The notes below the pieces were generated by a model. The model saw nothing but the letters and a program-made list of their open reading frames with translations. It ran no database searches and was not told the origin of the DNA. Shown here one piece after another: positions 20,945 through 30,535 of a stretch of DNA of 34,559 nucleotides. The DNA comes from Trichomonas gallinae. Its lineage: Eukaryota. Every line of letters starts with the position of its first letter. The stretch's first letter is position 1. Position numbers and translations under genes: made by a program. Where the stretch lies: the NCBI GenBank assembly GCA_008369845.1, contig MRSU01005907.1, forward strand, positions 1-34,559. Reading direction: 5' to 3'.

Positions 20945-21340
20945 ATGGAAGAGTTTTGGTCAAAAGGCCAATCTTTTATCACATGGTATTTTAGCAAGCT
21001 CAATACAACACCAAACGAACTTGAGGCAGCATATAATAACGACACACTCGTTCAATTCAACGGGAAAACTTTCCAAGGAAGAAATGAGAAAGGAAATTTG
21101 AAAATATTGGAATATCTTACATCACCCGAAATGCTTAAGGCAAAATACAAAATTGTAGATTATACTGTACAACCATCTATCGAAAATTGTATTTTGATTA
21201 TGGTACAAGGATATGTTATTCCTGATTGCGATAATCCGAAATTTGATCAGTCATTTGATTCTGCATTCTTTGTGCATCTAGTTTCGATAAATAACTCTTT
21301 TGTTATTTTGAATCAAGTTTATGCAATATCAGAGGACTAA
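20945..21340 (+). CDS. NTF2-like protein
   Basis: 131 aa; FITWYF..L..AY....QFNGKTFQG....QPS....LIMVQG...F..AFF...FVILNQVY matches the NTF2/Nxt fold pattern. Confidence 0.75.
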   Translation: MEEFWSKGQSFITWYFSKLNTTPNELEAAYNNDTLVQFNGKTFQGRNEKGNLKILEYLTSPEMLKAKYKIVDYTVQPSIENCILIMVQGYVIPDCDNPKFDQSFDSAFFVHLVSINNSFVILNQVYAISED

Positions 21341-21497
21341 TTCACATTCTATACTTACACATTTTAATTTTGTTTATATCTAAACCATTAAAATACAAAA
21401 TAAATTTTAATATATTTTTCGGAAACTAAAAATGAAAAGAATTCTACTAAATAATCATTATATATATGCGATATAAACATTTAAATAACAAACAATA

Positions 21498-22595
21498 TTA
21501 CATATATTCTTTGAATTTTTCTGCTTGAGGTTTGGCTTTGACATTTTTGGTAGTTCTTGCTATATTCGGTGGATATGGAGGGTTAGGGTATTGCTTATCT
21601 GAGTTTCCAAACAAAATTCTGTGAAGACTTTGATGATCAAGATCTACAATTCTCTTGTTAATAAGGATATCCTCTATATAAATAGGCTCTGTATTTGGCC
21701 CAAATTTACGTGAATTTGCATCATCTTCTAAATATAATCTTTCTTTGAAATCTAAAGCCCAATATAAATACAAAATAACACTGCCATACCTATGCATCAT
21801 TCGAAGTAAATTGATGTCATCATATCTGATAATTCTTCTACCGTTTTTAGTATAATCAAATTTGAATTGGAAAATCCAACAGACTAATTTAATGTGATTA
21901 CAGACTCCTGCACCTGTTTTAAGGAGGTGCAACTTATCAAAGTATTCATCTAGTGGTTTTAATTGTAGATTTGTTGGAAGATTTGCAAATGTTCTAAAAT
22001 CTGCGTATGTATCATATCCTAGCCTTGTATGAATAAAATCAGCTTTTCCCGGTATAACAATTGCGTTTTTAGGTGAGCAAAGAACATCATACAGCGCAAA
22101 AGGCAATCGAATTGTATCTCCGTTGCGAACATATCTTTTTATGTTGTAAACTATTGTGAGTTTAGGCACAGTGAACGAAACAGCGCTAAATTGTGTATCA
22201 GGCTCATCGTTTTCTATATATAACATGATTGAAATTGTATGATAATAATTTGCTGATTTAACAAACTCGCCCAATGCAGGATGATTCTGATCATCAAGCG
22301 ATAATAGAACACAATTTCCTATCATATCTACAAGACTTGGTGCCATTTTATTAAAATCATCAATGCTAGTAAAAATTTGAAGTTGTTTGATTCTTTTTCG
22401 CTGTGGTGGACCTAATTTTGCTAATTCTTCTGCTTCTCTTTTCTTTCTTTCTTCCTCAAGTTTTTTATCTTCTTCATCTTTAAGATATCTATCGATTACA
22501 TCCGAAAAATACTGCTTTCTTGCATTTATTCTTTCAACTTCTGCTTCTTTTTCGTCTTTTGTCTTTGATTGATCAACAATTGCACTTTGCTGCAT
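21498..22595 (-). CDS. Hypothetical protein, about 365 aa, N-terminal coiled coil, possible degenerate 3'-5' exonuclease fold
   Basis: The track start is a TTG; the first ATG is at 22595 (MQQSAIV). Long intact ORF. Confidence 0.7.
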   Translation of the reverse strand: MQQSAIVDQSKTKDEKEAEVERINARKQYFSDVIDRYLKDEEDKKLEEERKKREAEELAKLGPPQRKRIKQLQIFTSIDDFNKMAPSLVDMIGNCVLLSLDDQNHPALGEFVKSANYYHTISIMLYIENDEPDTQFSAVSFTVPKLTIVYNIKRYVRNGDTIRLPFALYDVLCSPKNAIVIPGKADFIHTRLGYDTYADFRTFANLPTNLQLKPLDEYFDKLHLLKTGAGVCNHIKLVCWIFQFKFDYTKNGRRIIRYDDINLLRMMHRYGSVILYLYWALDFKERLYLEDDANSRKFGPNTEPIYIEDILINKRIVDLDHQSLHRILFGNSDKQYPNPPYPPNIARTTKNVKAKPQAEKFKEYM

Positions 22596-22807
22596 AATTC
22601 TACCAAAATTTAACTTATTACATGGCAAGATTTTAGTTTACATTACACAATTGATTAATTTTACATGGCAATAATAATTTTACATGCCAAAAAACCAAAA
22701 AGAACAAATTTAAGGTCAATTATATGATGTTATAACAAACACACATCGTTTTTATTCTAAAATCTTCATTTGCTAATATATATATATTTGAAAATGATTC
22801 AATTTTC

Positions 22808-23719
22808 TTATGATTTTGTTGATTTCAGGCATTCTTCAGTGAGTTTCTCATCTCTGTTACATGCTTCAAACATCTGAAGAATCTCCATAGAATCATATCC
22901 TTTTGCTTCGAGTCTTTTTACTGCTTCTTTCTCATCATCAGTAAATTTACTCAATAGTTGCTGATACATTGTCTTTTCTTCGAACTTAGAAAGATCAAAT
23001 TTTGTTGGATCAAATCCAAATTGTGCTAAAAGTAATCTTGGGTTATTTTTGATTAGAACTACGCTTGATGGATCGTATTGCTGAACTAAATCAAAGAATT
23101 CACCAATAGTTTCTGGATGATCATAATATTTTTGCATAATTTCAGGACTGATTCTAAAAACGTTATCATCCTCTTCTTCATTTTCATTTCCATCTTCATC
23201 GAATTCTCTTGCTATGTTATTAACTGCAAAAACTGGCTCATCAGGAATATGACCAGAAATTAAGTAATTGGCTGCACTTTCAATACTGTATAATGATGAT
23301 CTTAGTGCTTTTCTGCAGTCAGCATATTCATATCCCATCTGCTGTAATTGTTCAATTTTCTGCTCGAAATCGGGAGGATCTTCTCGTGTTGGGACAGCAT
23401 CAACTGTTGGGAGAGGTGCTATAGCTGCATGTTTTGTATCTGGTTGAGCATTTTGTTCGACATTTTCTGTTTTTTGTTGAGGAACTGTTGCTGGTTTTGC
23501 ATTGGGAATCATGAGAATTATCTTTGAACTGTCAGTAATGCCGCATTCAGATAACTTTGCTTCATTTTTTAAGAATTTAGATTTAAAAATAAGCTTAATA
23601 TCAGCGATTTTTATATCTTTTGACTCCCCAATAATCTGTTTTACATGTTCAACAGTATCATTTTGATCTAAATCAAGATCAATTTTTACTCCTGATGGTG
23701 ATGAGAAATTAATCTTCAT
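22808..23719 (-). CDS. RAD23-like UBL-UBA proteasome shuttle factor
   Basis: N-terminal UBL (TVEHVKQII..IKLIFKSKFL), UBA1 (IEQLQQMGY..ALRSSLYSIESAANYL), STI1/XPC-like segment, UBA2 (EKEAVKRLEAKGY..FEACNRDE). Confidence 0.85.
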   Translation of the reverse strand: MKINFSSPSGVKIDLDLDQNDTVEHVKQIIGESKDIKIADIKLIFKSKFLKNEAKLSECGITDSSKIILMIPNAKPATVPQQKTENVEQNAQPDTKHAAIAPLPTVDAVPTREDPPDFEQKIEQLQQMGYEYADCRKALRSSLYSIESAANYLISGHIPDEPVFAVNNIAREFDEDGNENEEEDDNVFRISPEIMQKYYDHPETIGEFFDLVQQYDPSSVVLIKNNPRLLLAQFGFDPTKFDLSKFEEKTMYQQLLSKFTDDEKEAVKRLEAKGYDSMEILQMFEACNRDEKLTEECLKSTKS

Positions 23720-24356
23720 ATTTTTAAACCGGCACTTTTACTTCTGAAAATTTTAACCTTAATTTTTATTAATTGCATTTTCTTTTGCTTTGTTCATATG
23801 AAACGTTAGCAAAACTGCAATCAAAGTTAAACAAATGATGCTTGCCCTTGCATAAATTGATTTAAACATTGAAAACATCAGATCCCATTCACTTTACACC
23901 ATTAAAGATGGAAGCAGTCTTTGATGATAAGGATATTTTTGGCATAAAAAGCGAGCTATACAGCCTGAATTCGTCAGATATCTTAGAATAGGATGAATTC
24001 ATTCAACTGTAATATAGATATCAATACACATTTATTTTATAATATGTATATAAACAATAGAGATATCATTATCATGATTATAGGATCAATTTATGTTAAT
24101 AATTTTTTTTCGAAATTTTAATTTACTAATTGAGTGTTTGAAAGATACAAAATAATAACATATGCATTGTGATTTTACTAATTACATACCATATGAGTCG
24201 CAAAATGAATTATTTTTGATTCGGAGAAAAATAATAAACGAATAATCATTTAAAAATTTGAAATTCTATAATGTATTGGTATTGTTTGCTTATTTATCGT
24301 GTTTGCTGAAATAAGAGGGTCTGATTCCTATCTACCCCCTAACTGATATATAAAAA

Positions 24357-25085
24357 ATTACGCAAACACCGACTAGAACAAGAAAGAGAATCCAAGATGA
24401 TTCAAAAACCAAGACAGAGCCAAAGACTCGCGTGAGGACCGTGACAAGTCCAATAAGAATGATTGGCGACAATGATTCAATAGCAACCGATTTTACCAAA
24501 GACGTTTACGTCAAAGATGGCTTTATAAAAGGTGTTATAACACGCAGCAAAGTCACAAAAATCAACGGAATAAGACATTATTTCTATTATAAGCAAGAAG
24601 GAGAAGAAAATTTAATTGCTAAAGCTAAAACATTCAATTCAGATAAAATTCCGATAACAGTCGGCAATGAAATACATTTGAGCTCATCAAATTTCATAGG
24701 TGAATTACATCAAGATTATCATCATTCACACTTTGCTCTTGTGACTAGAGAATCCAACCCAGACACTGTTATGGATGTAGATTTCCAGTTACCTCGCCAA
24801 AAATCAGATGGAAACAGAAAAACTCGCGTATTTTTCTTATTCGAACCATTATACCCATCTCCTTTAGTAAATGCACCAATAACAGATGATCCAGAATTTG
24901 GTGAAGTATATCGTCAGATATCCATCAAAAATTGCATCTTAAAGGATGAAAAAAATGATCAACATTTGATTATCATTCGAAAAACAGAGAAAGATAAGCT
25001 AGAAATCGCATCAAAACTCAATATAATCCCTGTTTGTATGTTTGCTTTAGGCATTGCTGCTTTCCTTGGAAGAAAACCGCAATGA
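24357..25085 (+). CDS. Tubby C-terminal-like domain protein; start uncertain (ATT 24357, GTG 24432 or ATG 24459)
   Basis: SIKNCIL resembles Tubby SVKNFQL, and the C-terminal IIPVCMFALGIAAF helix is typical; frame open from 24354. Confidence 0.65.
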   Translation: MTQTPTRTRKRIQDDSKTKTEPKTRVRTVTSPIRMIGDNDSIATDFTKDVYVKDGFIKGVITRSKVTKINGIRHYFYYKQEGEENLIAKAKTFNSDKIPITVGNEIHLSSSNFIGELHQDYHHSHFALVTRESNPDTVMDVDFQLPRQKSDGNRKTRVFFLFEPLYPSPLVNAPITDDPEFGEVYRQISIKNCILKDEKNDQHLIIIRKTEKDKLEIASKLNIIPVCMFALGIAAFLGRKPQ

Positions 25086-25285
25086 ATTATTTTAATCTGA
25101 AATAATCATGCAATTATACATAAATATAAGTTAACTTCCTTAATAAAACGTGTTCATTATTGCTTCACGCGTCCTTTTTCCATTTTACAAAGTTATCAAC
25201 AATTTTCAATTTGTGATTTTATCATTCGAATACATTGAAAAATAGTAATGTATTAAATCTCATTTCATTAATATATAAGTAAAAT

Positions 25286-28200
25286 TTAATGAGAAGCAAC
25301 ATGAAAAACAAGATTATTTCCAAATGACCAGAATAACTTAAATGAGAAGTATTCCTTCGGACACTCTTCTGGAGCATCACAAAACAAAACATAATCGTGA
25401 TAATACTTCGGCTGATAGCAGAAATCGTTAGTCAATGATTTGTTTACCGGAACTCCAGCAAACGTCTCATTTATGTAATTCATTGGAACTTGAACTAAAC
25501 GAGCAGTTCTATTAATGACAGGATAAATCCAGTTATCATAAGAATTGTAATACCGATTTTTGTATATTTCCCTTGTTCCACAATATGCAACAAATGGGAT
25601 ATATGTTTGAGTTATAGAATTTGATCTCAGTGACAATGATGGGCCAAATCTCAAAAATTTGATATTTTGAAGATTATTTAATCCATTTTGTTCAATTGTA
25701 CAAGAGTCCATGAACGTAATTGCATAAAGATTTTTACAATCTGCAATACCATATTCATAAATCTTTGAATTCCTTGGAAACACTAATGAACGCAGAGAAT
25801 TGCAACCAGAAAAGCAATAGCGATAATAGCTTGCTGAACACAAAATTGTTACTGTTGTTAAACTTGTGCAATCAGAAAATGCAGATTCACCAACAGAATA
25901 AATTCCTGGATGCAAAACAATAGATGTTAATGATCTACATTCACTAAAGCATGATGATGAAATACTCGATAATCTCGCAGGCAAATCAAAATGTTCGATA
26001 GATTTACACCCACTAAAAGCACCAGAATCAATGTATTGCAAATTTGAAGGTAATTTAATGTCAAAAAGATCAACACATTCTGAAAAACATCCGCTACTTA
26101 TTTTATATAGATTTGGATGCAAAGATATTGAAATTAAAGAAGTTTTCCTAAAAGTATTAAGAGGAATAGTTGATATTGACGTTGGAATGCTAACATCTCT
26201 CAATCTTGCACAGTTTTCAAAAACAGAATCACCAAGATAATACAAATTCGGAAGACGAAGGTTGATGATTCCTGTATTATAAAATGCATTACTATATATA
26301 TAACGCAACCCACTATTAAATATAATATCCAAATTTCTGCAATTTTTGAAAGCATCATAACTAATATTATATAATTGACTTGGAAATTCTATATGCTTCA
26401 GTTGGAAACAATCATAAAAGGCACTGCTCCATATATTATATAGTGTATTAGGAAATTTGATTGAAACCAATGAAATGCAGCCAGCGAATGCAGAAAATTC
26501 TATTCGGTTAACTTTCGATTGACTTAAGTCAACTGTATGAAGATTTGTACATACTTGGAATGTGTAGTTACAGATATTATTTAATCCCCCTGATATTGTA
26601 ACTTTTTCTAATCTAATGTTTTCATAAAAACTACAATTTCCCATGTAAAACTTAGGTGAACTAATAGTTACTTCTTCCAAATAAGGACAACAATAAAATG
26701 CATATGCGTCCATGAAAATAAGCGATTCAGGGAAATTGATTCGTTTCAGATTTTGACAATGGGAAAATGCACCCCAATCTATCTGTTGAATTGTATTGGG
26801 AAGAATAAATTCAATAATTGAATTACATCCGCTGAATGCATATGAATAAATTCTTATCAAGGATTTTCCTAAATATATATTTATCAAATTGTTACAACCA
26901 TAAAATGAGTAATTCATAATATATTGAACATTATCATTAAGGTGAATATCTACCAAACCCGTGCAACCACTAAATGCACTCATATTAATATATTGAACTG
27001 TCGATGGTATAGTAATGTTTCTCAATTGTTTACACGAAGCAAATGACACCCCACCTATGAAAACAACACCTTCTGGGATAACAAAAACTTCAATTGGTGT
27101 GGATCTAAATACACTTTCTGGAATAACTTGAAGAGTGGCTGGAAATACTATATCTTTAATTCCAGAGTTATCTAAGAAACCATATGAAATGCTTTTAACT
27201 CCATCAGGAATATGAAGACTGTGCAAGCTTTTGCAGTATGCAAATACCTCAGATTCATAATATTTTATATTTGTTGGTAGAGTAATATTAGTCAAACAAA
27301 CGCATTCCCGAAAAGCAGATGAACCAATATATTTTACAGTTTCGGGAATTTCAACATGTGTAAGCATAATACACGCGTTAAACGCAGAATAATGAATGCT
27401 AGTAATATAAGGAGGGAAATGAATTGTGACCAAATTTGAACAATTATAATACATTCCATGTCCATAATGATTAACCTTTGGTAAAGTTACAGTTTCTCTA
27501 ATCGATCTACAATTAAGAAATAGGCTTCCTATATAATCACTTTTAATCACGCCAATGTTTATTAAATTTTCGAGTTGGATGCAATTTGCAAAAACTGATT
27601 CGTTAAATAGAACTTCCTCACAAAGTGAAAAGTTAACAGTCACTAAACAACGATTATTTCTAAAAGCATATTTATCAATTCGTTGAATGGAAGCCGGGAA
27701 ATTTAATGTAATAAGAAGAGTTCGTTCAAATGCATATTCACCAATGTATTGTAAATTCGTTGGAAAACTGATGTTCTCAAAAGGGCATCCTAGGAATGCA
27801 GATTCATTAATGTGCGTAATTGACTCTGGGAAATGAAATACAGCAATATTTGTATATGAATAGAAATTTCTCGGTATAACTGAAGCGGTTGAAGGGAATA
27901 TAGAATGTGTTAATGAGTAGCAACGCGAAAATACTGATTCAGAAAGATTAAAGCAACTTTCTGGGATAATTACTGATTTAAATTTTTCAGAACTATAGAA
28001 TAAACTATCGGGTAAATAAATTACGCCTTCTTCAATTGTAACATTTTGCAAAAATTGGCAGTATGAGAACATTTCATTACCATAACTTGTATTTTTTTTG
28101 ATCACGACACTTATAATTCCTGTGTTTTTATAAATTCCTTTAGCAGTGTTATTTTTTGTGCTATCATATTCTGTTGAATAATATCGTACACAATTTTCAA

Positions 28201-30103
28201 AACAATAATCACTTAAATAGACATTTGGATTACCAAGTATTAGATTTTCTAAGGAATAGCAGTCGAGAAAACATTGTCTACCTATTGATGTCACACTTTC
28301 AGAGATATTGATAAATTGCAATGCATAACAAGAATCAAAAGAATTATCAGAAAGATATTGGAAAGGTGGCAAAATTGTTACGTTCTTTAAATTTGCACAA
28401 AGTTTAAAGACTCCAGTTCCCATGTACATTTTGGTTGTTAAATTAAATGAACTGATATTTGTTGCATAAAAAGCATAGTGATCAAGACTTGAAATATTCC
28501 ATAAGTTATTTATTTCTGAAAGTCTATAGCATAAAGAAAATGCTGAACGGCTGATATAAAATTGAAGATCCGGAAAAGTATCAATTGTTCGAAGATACAT
28601 TGATTCAGAGAAAGCATATTCGCCAATGTCATTCTTTTTTGAGCAAAATGTTATTTTTCCAAGTAAATTGCATAAATAAAAGGCTTTTTCGCTAATGTAA
28701 GTATTTTGGTGTGAGTTGAAATTAACAATAGATACAGTACTCTGTCTGCTAGCGTTTATACCTAGATAAGTGAAGTCAGTAGAGTTAAAATTTAGTATTT
28801 TCACTCTAGTAAAATTAAAGGCGTTATTCCCAATAGTGGCATTGATACCATAAATATTAAATGACTCCATATTCCAGGAATTGTCAAATGCATGCTTGCC
28901 GATGTTGACCTCATCAGCATTCAGATAGCTTTGCACTGGTCCATCCCTTCTTGCAAATGCATATTCATCAATTATTATTTTATTTGATGTTATATTTATA
29001 ATATTGGAACCGCTAAAAGCACCACTTTTAATGCGAACCAGTGATGCATTGATTATTAATGTGGAGAAATAAGAAAATGTTCCAATAAAAGATTTTTCCA
29101 AAACAATCGATTTCGCTGAAATATTAAATTTTCTGATATTTCCACAATCTAAAAACATTTCATAGGGAAAAATAATATCATCAGATGTCATATAAATTTC
29201 ATTAATATTATCACAATCATAAAATGAATTCGAGGTGAACTCGATTTTTGGGCAATTAAAATAAAATCGCGCATAATCCCTATATCTAAAAGCATTTCTA
29301 CCTATTTTAGAAATATTTGAAGTTATATTTATGTAGTTAAAATAGGTAAATGGATTACCTTCAATCTCAAAGTAATCACTAAAAATATCAACAGATGATA
29401 TGGGACATCCATCAAAAGAACTGGATCTAAAGATGATAGAAGCTACAGAATAATTAATAATTGTTTTGATACCTCCACAATCCCGAAAACACTCGAATCC
29501 AAAGTCTAAATACTGTGATTCAAGATTAAATTGATTTATTGATCTGCAGTATTTGAATCCTGATGATCCAATTGTTAATCTCTCTGATGCAATGTTTAAA
29601 ATCTTAAGTTGTGAATAATCTTCAAAAGCACTTGATCCAATAATTGTTTTTGAAGCATTAATATCTAGTTGTAGAAGTCGAAAATTTTTATAAAAAGCAA
29701 GATTCTTAATAATCAGATTCTCTGAATTAAAAGATAATTGTTGTATTTTGCTGCAATTTCTAAAAGCTTCATCGTAAATTGTCAAATTTTTTGATGTAAA
29801 TCCTATTTGTGTGATAGATATACAATCATAGAAAGCTTGACTTCCGATTGATAAAATCTTATCTGGAAAATTGATAGTTTGCAAGCTATAACAAGACCAA
29901 AATGAGTTTCTTCCAATGATTTCCATGCTGATTGGTAATGAAACTGTTTGTAGTTTACTACAATTATAAAAACAATATGATGGTATTTCTGTGATTCCTT
30001 CTTCTATTACTAATGTTTTCAATTCGATATTAGATGACCACTGTGTTGTAATAGATCCAGCACCAGATATTGTTAAAAGTCCATTAACAATGGTGCCTGT
30101 CAT
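25286..30103 (-). CDS. BspA-like leucine-rich repeat (TpLRR/LRR_5) protein, 1605 aa
   Basis: Dozens of LxxIxIPxxVxxIgxxAFxxCxx repeats. Confidence 0.93.
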   Translation of the reverse strand: MTGTIVNGLLTISGAGSITTQWSSNIELKTLVIEEGITEIPSYCFYNCSKLQTVSLPISMEIIGRNSFWSCYSLQTINFPDKILSIGSQAFYDCISITQIGFTSKNLTIYDEAFRNCSKIQQLSFNSENLIIKNLAFYKNFRLLQLDINASKTIIGSSAFEDYSQLKILNIASERLTIGSSGFKYCRSINQFNLESQYLDFGFECFRDCGGIKTIINYSVASIIFRSSSFDGCPISSVDIFSDYFEIEGNPFTYFNYINITSNISKIGRNAFRYRDYARFYFNCPKIEFTSNSFYDCDNINEIYMTSDDIIFPYEMFLDCGNIRKFNISAKSIVLEKSFIGTFSYFSTLIINASLVRIKSGAFSGSNIINITSNKIIIDEYAFARRDGPVQSYLNADEVNIGKHAFDNSWNMESFNIYGINATIGNNAFNFTRVKILNFNSTDFTYLGINASRQSTVSIVNFNSHQNTYISEKAFYLCNLLGKITFCSKKNDIGEYAFSESMYLRTIDTFPDLQFYISRSAFSLCYRLSEINNLWNISSLDHYAFYATNISSFNLTTKMYMGTGVFKLCANLKNVTILPPFQYLSDNSFDSCYALQFINISESVTSIGRQCFLDCYSLENLILGNPNVYLSDYCFENCVRYYSTEYDSTKNNTAKGIYKNTGIISVVIKKNTSYGNEMFSYCQFLQNVTIEEGVIYLPDSLFYSSEKFKSVIIPESCFNLSESVFSRCYSLTHSIFPSTASVIPRNFYSYTNIAVFHFPESITHINESAFLGCPFENISFPTNLQYIGEYAFERTLLITLNFPASIQRIDKYAFRNNRCLVTVNFSLCEEVLFNESVFANCIQLENLINIGVIKSDYIGSLFLNCRSIRETVTLPKVNHYGHGMYYNCSNLVTIHFPPYITSIHYSAFNACIMLTHVEIPETVKYIGSSAFRECVCLTNITLPTNIKYYESEVFAYCKSLHSLHIPDGVKSISYGFLDNSGIKDIVFPATLQVIPESVFRSTPIEVFVIPEGVVFIGGVSFASCKQLRNITIPSTVQYINMSAFSGCTGLVDIHLNDNVQYIMNYSFYGCNNLINIYLGKSLIRIYSYAFSGCNSIIEFILPNTIQQIDWGAFSHCQNLKRINFPESLIFMDAYAFYCCPYLEEVTISSPKFYMGNCSFYENIRLEKVTISGGLNNICNYTFQVCTNLHTVDLSQSKVNRIEFSAFAGCISLVSIKFPNTLYNIWSSAFYDCFQLKHIEFPSQLYNISYDAFKNCRNLDIIFNSGLRYIYSNAFYNTGIINLRLPNLYYLGDSVFENCARLRDVSIPTSISTIPLNTFRKTSLISISLHPNLYKISSGCFSECVDLFDIKLPSNLQYIDSGAFSGCKSIEHFDLPARLSSISSSCFSECRSLTSIVLHPGIYSVGESAFSDCTSLTTVTILCSASYYRYCFSGCNSLRSLVFPRNSKIYEYGIADCKNLYAITFMDSCTIEQNGLNNLQNIKFLRFGPSLSLRSNSITQTYIPFVAYCGTREIYKNRYYNSYDNWIYPVINRTARLVQVPMNYINETFAGVPVNKSLTNDFCYQPKYYHDYVLFCDAPEECPKEYFSFKLFWSFGNNLVFHVASH

Positions 30104-30535
30104 TGAAGAAAAAAAAAAATCTGATCAGAATTTTTTTTGAATGGCAAATTTGTCAAGATGTTTTTCCTCGAAAATATTAAATAACATCACATATTTAATC
30201 ATATTTTCAGCCAAAAATCAAAATTTCACAAATCTTATTGGATACAAATTTGGCCAAATCTTAAATTTTGTTCAAACTTTGTAGAACAAAAGAAAATAGT
30301 ATTTTCATGACACATCTTTGATCAAAAAATCTCACAGATATTTCTCACTGTAAAAAAACGTTTTTGAACCACATCGTTCAAAAATTGAGGGCTCTGGCAT
30401 CGTTGAAAAAGAAACAATAATTTTATTGTTCAATTTTTAGCAATGGAATGAGTAATATTCAATTAAGTGACAAATGACGATAACTTTTTAAATGGAAAAT
30501 TATCGTAAAAATCGAAAGTAACAAAGCTTTTATTT

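Noticed and set aside
24339..24350. CTAAC before the Tubby-like ORF
   Set aside because: Followed by TGATAT rather than NNN-YAG, so not a fused acceptor.
4331..25085. Three cilium-related genes (CLAMP-like, CC2D2A, Tubby-like) as a functional cluster
   Set aside because: Interspersed with unrelated genes, and two of the calls are tentative; chance is sufficient.
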